DNA from: the human T2T-CHM13v2.0 reference genome, Homo sapiens
Assembly: GCF_009914755.1 (NCBI RefSeq)
Contig: NC_060934.1
Reading direction: 5' to 3' (one strand)
DNA: 64,000 bases
The position numbers were made by a program, and so were the translations under genes. Below the pieces are notes generated by a model, which saw only the letters and a list, made by a program, of their open reading frames with translations, did no database searches and was not told the DNA's origin. This document shows positions 1 to 12,646 of this stretch, piece after piece (positions within the stretch are counted from its first letter, which is position 1; every line of letters begins with the position of its first letter).

Positions 1-120
1 AGTTGACTGAGTTTCTGCAGTTGTATTTTTTAACCTGCAAGGCCATTGACAATGCAGAAGAACCCAGATTTCAAGAGAAACAGAGCTAGATTCAGACAAC
101 ACCTCCACCACCACTTACTG

Positions 121-510
121 TCTGCATCAGTCAGGGTAAGCTACATGCTGTAACAAACAGCCCTCGAGAGCTAACCTAGGGCATGCTTATTTCTTGCTCA
201 TAACACAGTCCAGTGCAATGCAGTGGGGTTCTGCTTCATATGGGCAGTCACGCTTCTTCTATGCTTTCTCCCATTCTAGGGCCTCATCTTCTTCAGCATT
301 AAGTTATAGATGGGGGAAGGGGGAGATGGTAGAGAAGACCCATTTGCTTTTAAGCTGCCTCAGGCAAGAAGTGGCCTACATCTCTCCCACTCACTCTCCA
401 TTGGTGAGAACCAGCCACATGGCCCTGCCTAGATGCCAGGGGACTAGAAGTGCAGTATAGCTGTGGGCCCAGGAAGGGGATATTAGTGAGTGTTAGCAAC
501 CTCTGCCACA
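121..510 (-). mobile_element. Old MaLR LTR (MLT1J/K-like)
   Basis: 'atcagtcagggtaagctacatgctgtaacaaacagccct...ccattggtgagaaccagccacatggccctgcctagatgccaggggactagaagtgcagt' matches the antisense MLT1J/K pattern; boundaries approximate. Confidence 0.6.
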
Positions 511-556
511 GCAGCCATATCAGATCAGTGAGGTTACCAAACCTCTGTGAATTCTG

Positions 557-750
557 AATGCTGTCGCTGAAGCTGAGACCAGTTTCTATTGACTAGGTAA
601 AGCAAAGACATGTATTTTTGGCCTCTGCACACTTCTTGGTGACTTGGGAGAACTTCAATCATATGCTGTCACCATCATAATCATCATCCGGTCAACAAGC
701 ACATTGCCAGGCATGGTGCTGGTGTGGGAATACAGCTGTGGACCAGAGAG
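557..750 (+). repeat. Local direct duplication, copy 1 (partner 2571-2760); 3' part L2-like
   Basis: 593-750 aligns ungapped to 2603-2760 with 12 mismatches in 158 bp; weaker similarity extends back to ~557. Confidence 0.95.
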
Positions 751-2570
751 GTTGGGTCCCTGGCCTGATAGAGCTGAGAGGTATCACATCCTTAGACCAG
801 AATATGACATATTGCAGGATTCTTGGTATTCTAACTTTGAGAAATCCTTTAGAGTGAATTTTATGTATATTGAGGGTGTAAAGTTCTTATACCTTTCTTT
901 AAGCAGATGAATTCATGGTTGCCTCTAACCTCTGGGTCGCATGTGTTTTCTTGGAGCACTGAAATGTTGCTTTTTTTTTTTTCATGCCTGAGGGTAACAG
1001 AAGACCAGGTCATGAGGCATGACCTCGCCCTGCTATTTTGCTTCCAGAGTGTAAGGTCGTCTGCTATAAAATACTCCAGATATGTTTCTTGGTACAACAT
1101 GTCTTGAAAATTATATGCTTTCAACTTAAAGCATAATTGGGTACCAGAAACAAATGTTCGTGCTGCTTTATAACATGTTTCTCATAGCCTGTGGCCTTTT
1201 GTCCCAACTCCTCCCGCTCCATGAGGGCACAACTGTTTCAGAAAAGAGATTAAACCTCAAAAGAATCTGAGAGTAACCTTGGAGTGGCTACAGATTTTTC
1301 AGGAAAGCTCTGTCTCCATTGCAGGCTGGATAGTGTTACTCTGCACGACATTTGTCACTGAATCTGGAGTGGCTGTGTTTTTACAGACAATTGGGATTTT
1401 TTTTAAAAAAAGGAAAGATAAAATTTATGGATATCCCGTGGTCTTCCCAGTAGCCAGACAGCGATAATCTGACAATGCTAATCTTTAGCGTTAAGGGTTT
1501 GGAAACTACAGACTAGCCCTTTGGGAAACTGATAATAAAACATTTAAAAGAAATCAAAGAGCAAATATCAAACAAGCAATGCCTCTTCCATCATCTGTGC
1601 TGTTGTCTATGTAATCCTCCAAACTTTAGTTTGAGAGATCACTTGAAATTCTGGGAGTCTTTCAGGAGATTATCGGTATCAGTTAAGGCTTTGAAGTAGG
1701 GGCTGCTGGCATCTCATTACTGACAGAGATCAAAAACCAAAGCTGGAGTGCAGTCCCCGGCTGTAGGGCCTCATTCACACATCACAGACGCACTCAATTA
1801 TCAAAGTCCGGGACCGTCTTTATGTGATACCTGCTTAACCACAAATGGCCCTTCCTGCCTCCTGTGGCCTTTCGCTCCCTTGTTCTTGCCTCTTTCCTGC
1901 TTGTGCTAATTCCTTCTGCTTTTCCTAAATCAAGGAAATCTTAGAGATTGTAATGGCAGTCCTCTTCTAAGTGAGTAACGTATTTTTGACACTTGGAAAA
2001 AAAAGAAACAAAATTCAGCCTCCATGGGGTTGAATAGTTTAAGTGGCAAATGTGCTTTGATGGAAAAATGTTTGAGCAGCAGGTCACTCTGGTTCACTGG
2101 TGCCGTGGTGGGTTTAGCCATAGAGTTAAATTGGTTTACTCATAGTCTGAACTTGGCCTTGAACAAGCCCAAGAGTACCTAAGCTTTACCTCATGGTGCT
2201 TGTGAATTTGGACTGTTAATTAGCACAGAATCAATCTCCTACCCCAAATGCTGTGTCCTGGTGGGAATTTTCCTGGGATGGTAGGAAAAGAAGGGCAGGA
2301 AATTTGAGCAGCCATCCTTGATTGCTGCCTAGGTTTTCCAGAAAACTTCCTACCCCTGGGGAGACAATTCGGGGTCAGGTTATCATGTAGCAGTGCTGCA
2401 GGCTATTGTGAGAAACTTTCCTTTCTGCCTGTGCCTGCTACCTTTGGTGAAAGTTACTGCTCTGTCCCTAGGTCACATTTACTTAATAAAATGCCAACCT
2501 GGAACCCACCAGCGGGCAAGGTGACCCCATGGGGCAGTTACACTATTCTAGGGTAGAAGAGTTTCAATAA

Positions 2571-2760
2571 AATGCTGCAGCTGAAACCACAGTTTCCATC
2601 TGCTAGGTAAAGCAAGTACATATATTTTTGGCCTCTGCACACTTCTTGGTGACCTGGGAGAATTTCAATCATATGCTGTCACCATCACAACCATCAGCCG
2701 GTCAACAAGTACATTGCCAGGCACAGTGCTGGTGTGGGAATACAGCTGCGGACCAGAGAG
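2571..2760 (+). repeat. Local direct duplication, copy 2 (partner 557-750)
   Basis: Same alignment; core offset exactly 2010 bp. Confidence 0.95.
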
Positions 2761-3729
2761 TCTCATTGTCCTATCACAGTTTTGTTTCTGCTGCCACCAT
2801 TTAATTGAAATTCTTCTACCCCAGAATAGCAGTGACTGTCTTACCATTGAATCCAGTGGCAACTTTATTCATATTCACATAACTAATGGCCCTTCCTTCT
2901 TGGAAGACTTTCATTCCCTGGCTTTCTCTGGCCAAGCTCTCTTCATTTTTCTTTTACCTCTCTAAGTGTTGCCCTAGGAAGTGTCTACCACGTAGCAGGT
3001 GCTTAATAGATGCTTGAACAAAGAAATTGCATTCATTCTCTCTTCATTCCTGTCTCCCTTCCTTTTTGCTTTTCTTTTTTATTATCCTCTGCTGTGCAGA
3101 AAGCCAGTCAGATACAAACTCTCTGGTGGGAGGGATTAATGATCCTTGTTCTATTTTGGATGATGTAAACCCAATGGTCTGATTATCTATAGGAAGCTTA
3201 GCCAAGAGAAATAGAGCCCTGGCCCAAGTGCTGACCTGCAATCATGGAACCTTCTAGCAAGAAAGGTAGCCATTGAGAGCAAGTGCTTGAGCTGGGTCAT
3301 AGTCTTTCAGGGAAGTGAAAAGCTAGTTTGGCCACGTGTTATTAATACAAACTCAAAAGTAGGGGGCCGTATCTTTTCCCTTCTTTGAAGTTCCTCAGAG
3401 TACTTATTATTTCTGCAAGATGTTTGATGAATGAAAATATTTCCACAAAACCCTTCAACATGTGACTTTATCTGACAATTCTAAAATGCACCTTCAAGTC
3501 TATATTTGAAGATTTAGGAATTCACCTACATTTTTTGGAAGAGTCAACATTTTCTTTCTATTAACAAAACTTGGATATCAGAGGCAAAAAGGAGGCAGGC
3601 GGGAAGTTCTGTCCATTTCTACCTCTCTTCTGTATCTTTTCTCTGGCATTTTGGTAGTGCTGTCATTGCCCATGGTCATGGGGAAGGAGACAGCACAAAT
3701 AAGTAAAGTAAAAATGCATTTGGATTATT

Positions 3730-3880
3730 GGGGGCCAATTTTGTGCCAAGAACTGTACTAGGTACTCTGTATATTTCAGTTCTAATCTTCACTCCTATTT
3801 CATGAGATAGCTGTTGTTATTCCTATTTTACAAGTGACAAAACTGAAGACAGACAGGAGCCTTATCCAGGGTCGTGTAGG
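3730..3880 (-). mobile_element. MIR fragment
   Basis: 'tgtgccaagaactgtactaggtact...tattcctattttacaagtgacaaaactgaagacaga' resembles the antisense MIR core. Confidence 0.65.
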
Positions 3881-4046
3881 TGGCTTCCCATGTAGTTGGG
3901 GAGCCAAGAGCCAGCTCTGCTGGGCCCACGGTTAGTGTCTGGCTCCACGAGGCCTGCAAGTGCTACCCCCATCAAGGTCAGCAGCGACTAACATGTTCAT
4001 GGAGCCACTGGGTAACACAGTCAGGCACAATGATATTTCACCAGCA

Positions 4047-4325
4047 GGACACAGTGGCTCACAGCTGTAATCTCAGTGCTTTAGGAGGCCAAGGAGGGAT
4101 GACTGCTTGAGGTCAAGAGTTCAAGACCAGCCTGGGCAGCACAGTGAGACCCCCATCTCTACAAAATATAAAAAAATTAACTGGCCTGGTGGTGCACACC
4201 TGCAGTCCCAGCTACTTAGGAGGCTGAGGTGGAAGGATGGCTTGAACCCAGGTATTTGAGGCTGTAGTCAGCTATGATAGTGCCATTGTACTCCAGCTTG
4301 GGTGACAGAGGGAGATCTCTCTCTC
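4047..4325 (+). mobile_element. AluJ
   Basis: Dimeric Alu with J-type 'gcttgaggtcaagagttcaagaccagcctgggcagcacagtgagaccc'; TSD atattt(c/a)accagca at 4033-4046 and 4485-4498. Confidence 0.9.
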
Positions 4326-4337
4326 TGTCTCTGCCTT

Positions 4338-4372
<35 letters not shown>

Positions 4373-4490
4373 GTATGTATGTGTGTGTATATATATATAT
4401 AAATATATATGTGTATATATAAATATATATACTTGTATATATATAAATATATACGTGTATATACATATAAATATATATGTATATATATTT
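4316..4490. repeat. Compound (CT)n-(TA)n/(TG)n microsatellite in the Alu tail
   Basis: Visible dinucleotide runs between the Alu 3' end and its downstream TSD. Confidence 0.95.
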
Positions 4491-4619
4491 AACCAGCAAA
4501 CGCATTTATACTAAACAAGCACAAATCTCACCTCCTTGCGTTTTATATGTTCCACTGGTGACGATGCTGAAGAACAACAGAAAGAGCTAAATGGAAGAGA
4601 ACAGGTTTCATTGTAGATG

Positions 4620-4960
4620 TTCATTTGGTCATTCATCAAAACCATTTGCAAAAGCAAGGCATGTTCCTAGGTACTTGGAGATTCAAAAATGAGTACAATC
4701 CTGCTCCCTCCCTTAGGAAGCTTACAGTTTAGAAGATGAGATCGCCAAGTGTGCAGAATCACAAAGTTATGAGCGGGAAAGTGATAGATGCTAACGAGAG
4801 GTTCAAAGGGCTCTGCTGGTGAGGGGAGCGAGTGATATCGGAAGCCAGGAAACAGCTCTGCCATAAAGGCTGGAGACAGACTATAGAGCACAGAATGTTC
4901 CCTGCACTCGGCATAATGCAGATCCAGGCAGGAGCAAAACCACAGGAAGGGGATGGAAAT
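4620..4960 (-). mobile_element. L2 3' fragment
   Basis: 'cattcatcaaaaccattt...ctaggtacttggagattcaaaaatgagtacaatcctgctccctcccttaggaagcttacagtttag' is an antisense L2 3'-end pattern. Confidence 0.6.
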
Positions 4961-5043
4961 AATAGAACAAGAAAAAAAAAGGACAGGAAGAAAAAAATTT
5001 TGACCATGGAGTTAAATAGTTTGCAATATTCCTAAAAAGTTTC

Positions 5044-5078
<35 letters not shown>

Positions 5079-5105
5079 CGTGTGTATGTGTGTTTGTATG
5101 TGTGC
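5044..5105. repeat. (CT)n(GT)n microsatellite
   Basis: Direct reading. Confidence 0.95.
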
Positions 5106-6821
5106 CTGAAAAGAGAGGGCTATAAATGAAAGCAGGAAAGAGAGAACACAAAGGTAGAGATCTGAAGTCAACTGGCCTAGCGGAGAGCCCATAGCCCTCC
5201 AGTGTTTGACTGCCATCAGGGCAGGGCTATCAGGAATGTGTCACCAGGAGGAAATGGAGCCTGGCTTAAGTAGCTCTAAAGCCAGATTTCAGCTGAGATT
5301 GCCGGAGGGTGCCTGGAGAAACAGGAGCAAAAGGAGACGATAAGCAAAATGGCTTTGCATTTTTTCCCTTCCCGTCTCCTATCACTGAGCTGAACAGACA
5401 GGCCTTTCTGTGCCAGTGTATACATTTTCCTAAGAGCTAGCGGGGAAGAGTGGGTTTATTAAACTGTGATTGGATCTGAAGTGTATGCAGTTTCTATTGT
5501 GAGGTTGTCCGGACAATAAGGGTGAACAAAGAGGACGATAACAGGCATCCGGGACACTTGCTGAAGCATGAAGGGCAGCCCAAAATATCCATATTGATTG
5601 CACCCCTGTCGGGTTCGAGCCACTTTCTTATTTCAGTGAGTCACTTCTGCTTATTGAACCATAAACCCCAGACAAAGTGCATGCCCCCACGTCACCAGGG
5701 CAGCCTTGTTTCTGCTGCCTAGAGGGATGTCTTAGGGCTGGGACCCCAGATACCCAGGGCGCCAACAGCAGTAGGAGCAAACACGTTTGTTACAGGTTTT
5801 GAGGGTTTGATGTGAAGTTTCAAGGATAAGTGAGAAAACACGTGATGAAGAGAAGAGTGTTATTCCCTCAAGAGCTACATTGAATCTGGAGAAATTTGAT
5901 TCCTCTAGATCTTCCTAAATTCTTAAGGAATTTGATTCCTTATTAAGGAAAAACTCATTTTAGTCCCTGCTAGGTAGAATTTTGAAGAAAAAGGTATAGC
6001 AACAACTGATGTATTTGTCGGCTCAAAGTTGGTCACAGCAGATAATGGGCCACTTCCGAAATTGTCCTTTTGCTATCTGGCTCTTTTCCCAAAGAGAGCA
6101 CCATTTTCGTCGCTGTCATCTGTTTGTGTGTCAGATATTTATTGCTCTGAGAGATGCACGCTGCCAAACTTGGTTGTCTGTGCCCAACGCACCTCTCTGG
6201 GGGAGAATGACGTTCATTGAACTGTGAGCTGCCTTATAAACAAGGCTGATCTCTGAATGCAGAATTAGATCCTCAAAGCCTTTGTGTGAATTGTGGTCAG
6301 ACTAATGTGAAGGCATTTGGACCCAAGTCCAGTGCCATGCTGAGTGTCTGGCATGATCACAGACCTTCCCACATCTCCGAAACACCTTCAGACTCAATCC
6401 TGGTTGCACCTCCCAGACTGAGAGGTGGGCCATCCCTCTCTTTCACTGCACCCAGATCCTCTGTAAAGGCTGAATCAGTGCTTTCACCAAGGGTAAAAGG
6501 TCAAGGACTGTGTGTGTGAGGGAGGAAAAAATAGATTGTTGGAGGAAAGAAAAAGAGAAGGTGAATACATTTCACCTCAAGCAAAGGGCCATGGTGAGAG
6601 GGACCACGTTGTTCCAATGAGGTAAGGTGATCCTGCGTGAGACTCCATAGTTACATGGATAAACCCTTAGTATTTCAGCATTTTCCAAGACTAAAATATA
6701 TCTACATACAGAACATCCAAACTATGCTGAGGCACAAACATCCTTGCACTTCAAAGTGTGTGTGTGTGCATGTGTGTCTCAATGAGCATAATATTGGGTT
6801 AATTTCTGAGCAGTATACAAT

Positions 6822-7140
6822 AATTCATTCAGCAAATAGTTGCAGAGTTTCTACAGAGTTCCAGGCACTCCTCTGTGCTATGCGACTATGACAGTAAGCA
6901 AAACAGAAATCCTTCCCTTATGAAGGCAGGAGATGGGAATAATCAAGTATAATATTGTATGTGTCATCCCAAGATCAGTTCTGTGTAGAGAACTAAAACA
7001 AGGTCAGGTATAGACCACTGAGAGTTGGGGGGTGCTTATAATTTTTGATAGAGTGGTTAGGACAGGCATTTGCCAAAGACCTAGTGGGAGGAATAGCTCT
7101 TGCCATGCAGCTTTCTGGGGAAAGAGCTTTCCAGATGTTC
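6822..7140 (-). mobile_element. L2 3' fragment
   Basis: 'attcattcagcaaatagttgcagagtttctacagagttccaggcactcctctgtgct...aaacagaaatccttccct' antisense L2 end. Confidence 0.65.
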
Positions 7141-7498
7141 ACTCCTAAAAAAAATGCATTTTAAAATGCCCAACAAAATTACAATTTTTTTGGCAGTGGC
7201 CCTCAGTGTAAAGACCTCCCCTATCTCTTTGAGGTCACAGGATTTTGTGGGAGCACTAAGACAGAGAGGCCAGCCTCATCCTGGCAGGGCAGATCCACCT
7301 GAATGAAGGAATCTGGAAGTTCCTGAGTGGTGAGGGCCATGACAGGGCAATTGTGTGTCCTCAGGCAAAACCGCAAACACAACAAGCAACTGAATTAAAG
7401 GATAGAGGTAGGGAATGGGCCCCACCAAACTTTTAGATCCTATTCTTTCCTCCTTGCATTCGATTTTTAATAAAGTTCAATTCAGTTTTGATATAAGG

Positions 7499-7949
7499 TG
7501 CTATAGTTTGGATGTGGTTTGACCCTGCTAAAACTCATGTTGAAATTCAATCGCCAATGTGGCAGTGTTGGGAAGTGGGGCATAGTGGAAGGTGTTTGGG
7601 CCATGGGACCAGATCTCTCATGAGTAGAGTAATGCCTCCTCCTCCCCATTCATCATGAAGGGAGTGAGTTCTGGCTCCCACAGGAATGGATTAGTTCCTG
7701 AGAGAGCAGGTTGTTAAAGTCTGGCTTCTTCAGTTACTCTCTGGCCTCCTCTCTTGCTGTGTGATTTCTTTGCACACACCCACTCCCCTTCTGCTTTCTG
7801 CCATGAGTTGAAGCAGCCTGAGGCCCTCCCCAGATGCAGCTGCTCACTCTTGAACCTCCCGGCCACCAGAATCGTGAGCCAAATAAACCTCTTTTCTTTA
7901 TAAATTACCCAGCCTCAGGCATTCTATCAATGCAAAACAGGCTGAGATA
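7499..7949 (+). mobile_element. MSTB-family MaLR solo LTR
   Basis: Starts tgctatagtttggatgtggtttg; contains aataaacctcttttctttataaattacccagcctcagg; 5-bp TSD taagg/taagt. Confidence 0.85.
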
Positions 7950-8529
7950 TAAGTATTAGTAAATATGTGCACAAATGACTACTGGTATCACAGCAAAGGG
8001 CACATCTCTAGGATACTTGAATGCAAAACAGGAGAGAACACATCAGTAGCCCAGGTCTTGTCTCCAAACAGAGGCCAATGGAGTTCAGCTTCGAAATTAG
8101 AAGACCTCATCCCCTGCTACAAAAATATATGGAAGTTTAGTCTCTCTCTCTCTGGCTTTTATCATCCCATGAAAAGAGGGAAGAATGACTTCTTTCTGTT
8201 GCCAAGGCAGTATTTAGCATAAGAAGAATGATACTCTGGGCACCATGACTGGTCTCAAATGCCTCTAGGATTCACCCTGATGACCACCAATCAGTTGGAT
8301 GCTGGCAACCTCCAGCTACTCAATGCTAGTGACCCACACACAGTTTCCCTAACGTGAAAACTAACGTGAATCAGAATCCACGGCCTCTGAAAACCCAGAC
8401 AAGAGCCCCTTTTCCAGTTGAAGCAGTGGTGCTAAATAGTCTGAGGTTGCAGAAACTACTAGGGGTATTGTATGTGAAGAATTGTAAGGAGTGAAGTTGG
8501 AAGGGGATCTGTGAATAGCAGCAGTACAA

Positions 8530-8725
8530 GATGCTTCAGACTCTAGTCCCCACTCACTCTAGCTGTCACTTTAATAATTTACTAACACTTTGTTTCCATT
8601 TCCTCATTTATAAAACAGACTGTGAAAATTAAACCTTACTTCATCAGACTACAATAAGAATTGAATGAGATAAAATCTGCCATGCATTTACAACAGTGCC
8701 TGAAATATAGTAAGCACTTAATAAT
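8530..8725 (+). mobile_element. MIR
   Basis: 'tttccatttcctcatttataaaacag...gaattgaatgagataaa...acagtgcctgaaatatagtaagcacttaata'. Confidence 0.7.
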
Positions 8726-8971
8726 AGCAACTCTTTTTACTATTCCTTGGGAGCAAGAAAGATCTCCACCTCTACTTCTTGGCTTTCTGAGTATTTTCCA
8801 GACTTTCTGGAACCTAATCTTAAACTCTGCTAAAGAGTCACTGGCAGATAAAAAAGGAAAGCCTTTGCTCTCCCCATGGAAGACAACCCGAAGGAATTTC
8901 TGATCAGGTCATATTTTAGGCATAATTTTCTTTTCCTTCTTCTTTTTATTTTTATTTTCTTTTGAAAATGA

Positions 8972-9325
<354 letters not shown>

Positions 9326-9364
9326 TTAAAGACTACAAAACTTTAACAGTGTTGTCTTGTTCAG

Positions 9365-9690
9365 TTATTTTTAAAATAAATTTTATTGTATATATTTAAG
9401 GTATATAATATGATGGTTTGTACATATATAACAGAGAGAGAAGAAAGTAAATGGTGACCATAGTGAAACAAATTAACATATCCATCATCTCACATAGTTA
9501 CACATTTCCTCCCACTGTGGCAAGAGCAGCTATAATCTATTTATTTAGCAAGAATCCTGAATGCAGTACACCATTAACTATAGTCTTCATGTTGAACATT
9601 AGATCTTTCAACTTGTCAATCCTACATATCTGCTACTTTGTAAACTTTGATCTATATCTTCTCATTCCCCCTCTGACCTTGGTATAGTCA
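9365..9690 (-). mobile_element. L1MA-type 3' end
   Basis: 'attttattgtatatatttaaggtatataatatgatg...aaattaacatatccatcatctcacatagttac' antisense L1MA 3' UTR. Confidence 0.75.
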
Positions 9691-10380
9691 ACTTTACTTT
9701 AGATTTACCCACTTAATTCTATGTCATTTTTCATTTCTTCCTGCATCTCTAACCTTCTTTAGGAGATTATTTTCTTTCTCATCCTCACTTCTGTATTTTC
9801 TATCCTTTTGATTATTTGTGTTTCATGCTATATATTTTCTTCTGGTTTATCTTCCATTTCACTGATACTTTCTTCAGCTCTGTCTAAACTGCTGTTATGT
9901 CTATTCATTGAGCTCATAATTTTGGTTTTGTATTTTTCAGTTTTAGAATTTCTATTTGATTCCTTTTCAAATCCCCTGTTTAATGTTTTATATGAAGTTT
10001 TTTTCTTCTTCCAGGTACCTCAGTGTGCTAGTACTTTTGAATCACCTGAATCCAGTTTCAGGGACTGGAATTTTTTGTGTCATCCTATTTGAAACTGGGC
10101 AGAAATCTATTTGAGGACTGACTTTTTTTTCTTCTAGTGTTCATCCTTTCTGGGTCTCAATTAAAGATCCAAGGGCTCACCAGAGTGTTCCACACTTCAT
10201 GAGCCTGGAACACCTATTTTTGTCCTCCCAGACCCATGAGGCTTCCGTCTTATTCATGATTTGGCTTAACTAAATCTTATCTTGGTTAGCTTTTTGGTAC
10301 CTTCAAGGAGATTGAAAAAATAATTTCCCCAGATTTTCTGATTGTCTTTGGCAAGAGAACTTGTCCAAATTATCCCAAGA
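9690..10380 (-). mobile_element. Old L1M fragment (ORF1-side, antisense)
   Basis: T-rich 'ttatcttccatttcactgatactttcttcagctctgtctaaactgctgtta...ttagaatttctatttgattccttttcaaat' typical of antisense L1M ORF1. Confidence 0.55.
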
Positions 10381-10631
10381 GTAATATAATTGTCAAACTT
10401 TCCACTGAGACTTTTTTTCTGAGGTTCTATAAATGGTATAGGTAAAAGAACTATATAGAATTATTGTCCTTGGTACTAATACACAGTATACATTTGGGTA
10501 AATAACCTCAGCTTTTTGGGATGACATTCTTCTTCTACATCAGGAAATTCAATGATTTCTTGGCTCAGGACTTTTCAAAGAGAAAATTATAATACATTGA
10601 GAACACAGTTCTTTAAATCATGGAAGTTTAT

Positions 10632-10783
10632 TTATAACTTTAAAAATTGAATTTAATTTTTTAAATACAGGTGGGGACTCACTATGTTGACTAAGCTGGT
10701 CTCAAACTCCTGAGCTCAAGCAATCCACCTTCCTCAGCTTCCCAAAGTGTTAGTATTACACGTGTGAGCCATTGCAACCAGCC
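10632..10783 (-). mobile_element. FLAM (free left Alu monomer)
   Basis: Single monomer; TSD tcatggaagttta at 10618-10630 and 10789-10801. Confidence 0.85.
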
Positions 10784-10936
10784 TAAACTCATGGAAGTTT
10801 AAATTGACTAAAAGTGACAAACATGCCTGCATTAAGCCTGCCTCTAATTCCAGTATGTTTGTCAAGAAACTGTGTCCTGAGATTCAAGCCAGTGCTGATC
10901 TCAATGTTCATGTACCTGAGGACAGAGGAGACCATC

Positions 10937-11549
10937 TGTGTCATCAGGGTCCATGCTGGAGGTAGGAACCACACCAGCTTTTTAGAAGAGAGAATTTAAT
11001 AGAAGCAATTGTTAGCCAGGTATTGAGGAATTCTAAAGGCAAAAAGGGAATACTAAGGTATCAACTGCTTCGTGGCAGCTACAGCCCCTAAAGCTGGAAG
11101 ATCAAAGAAAAGAGGATGAAATGACTAAAACATAGAAGTTTGGAGGAAGAGTCCATGGAGCGAAAATTTAGACCTGTGAAAAGCGGGCCATGCTGGTGCC
11201 TCGGGAACTTTGAGGGGCCCCAGGGGCTGACACTCAGCCTCCGAGGACAGTGCCTGTCAGGTGTTGCTCGGAAGGCATAATAAAGCTTGTTCTGGGAGTG
11301 CTGGAAAAGCTGCCGACTAGAATCAGTGTCTGCTACTGGAACAAACTGCTACTGCCCAGAGAAAGACGCAAACAGGAAGCAGCCTTTCTCTTCTCCCTCA
11401 TCCAGCCTCACAGCCCCTCTCTACCGCCCCCTAATGGCAGAGCCTCAGACAAAGTCAGCTGGCAAAGGATAAACGCCACCCAGCCTCAGGAAGCCGATGA
11501 CAATAGGATGGGTTTAGACTCGACAGCCTATGTTTTAATAAGCAGCACA
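10937..11549 (-). mobile_element. Old ERVL-class solo LTR (LTR79/LTR41-like)
   Basis: TG...CA ends; 5-bp TSD ccatc/ccatg; 'cagggtcc...aaccacaccagc...gagagaatttaata' and 'ccccctaatggcagagcct...cagctggcaaagga' match recalled LTR78/79/41-type consensus. Confidence 0.6.
11422..11439 (-). promoter_or_regulatory. CTCF-like core motif
   Basis: Minus strand TGCCATTAGGGGGCGGTA versus core CCASYAGRKGGCRS (1 mismatch); motif only, no binding evidence. Confidence 0.4.
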
Positions 11550-11681
11550 CCATGTTTACCATCTGCACTGAGGTCTAGTTTATTTTATCATGCTGTCACT
11601 ATGGATTATTGGAGTTTCAGGATAATGAGCTGTGTTTATGCCCCAGGAGTTTATATTATTTCGTCTATAAACGAAATGTGA

Positions 11682-12029
<348 letters not shown>

Positions 12030-12519
12030 CTAGCAAAAGAAAGTGGACCTTCAGAGGGATCATTGAAAAAGCCACTTTAAGAAGCAAAGCCTTATTTCTT
12101 CTGTTCTCCTTTTCAACCTATCTCTATTTTATTCTTTGATGAAATAACCTTAACTTAGATTGTTCAGTGACATTCCGTCTCATAACGTACCATCGGACAA
12201 CAGTTCTTGTCCCATATTCCAACACTAGCAACATCTGAGTCAGCTCACTCTCCTGAGGCCCTGGGGCTTTCCATGAGTCATACTCTAGCATGAACCCCTA
12301 TCTAAATACAGACAGACTCTGAGGGAGCCTTTCCTAGGTGAACTGTGATTAATCTAGTTATTCATAAACAAATAAAGTTTCTTCAGCTTCAGTTCCCTGA
12401 ATTTATCTGTCCCTTTCTTTCTTTGTCACTGTGGAAGGACTGGCTCAAATAGTGTCAGAGATCAGATTTCATTATGACAAACTGCAGTGTTGTCTAAATT
12501 CTTCTTCTTCTTAAAGTAG

Positions 12520-12646
12520 TATTATTTTTAGAGGTGGGGGTCTCACTGTGTTACCCAGGCTGGTCTTAAACTCGTGAGTTCAAGCCATCCTCCAGCCTCA
12601 GATGCTTAAGTAGCTGGGACTTCAGATATGTGCCTCCGTGCCTGGA
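12520..12646 (-). mobile_element. FLAM
   Basis: Single antisense monomer. Confidence 0.8.

Noticed and set aside
644-2965. Paralogous mini-ORFs sharing 'PG(M/T)VLVWEYSCGPE' (644-910 and 2714-2965)
   Set aside because: The shared peptide comes from the DNA duplication; both ORFs start at non-ATG codons and diverge at the duplication boundary, with no coding signature
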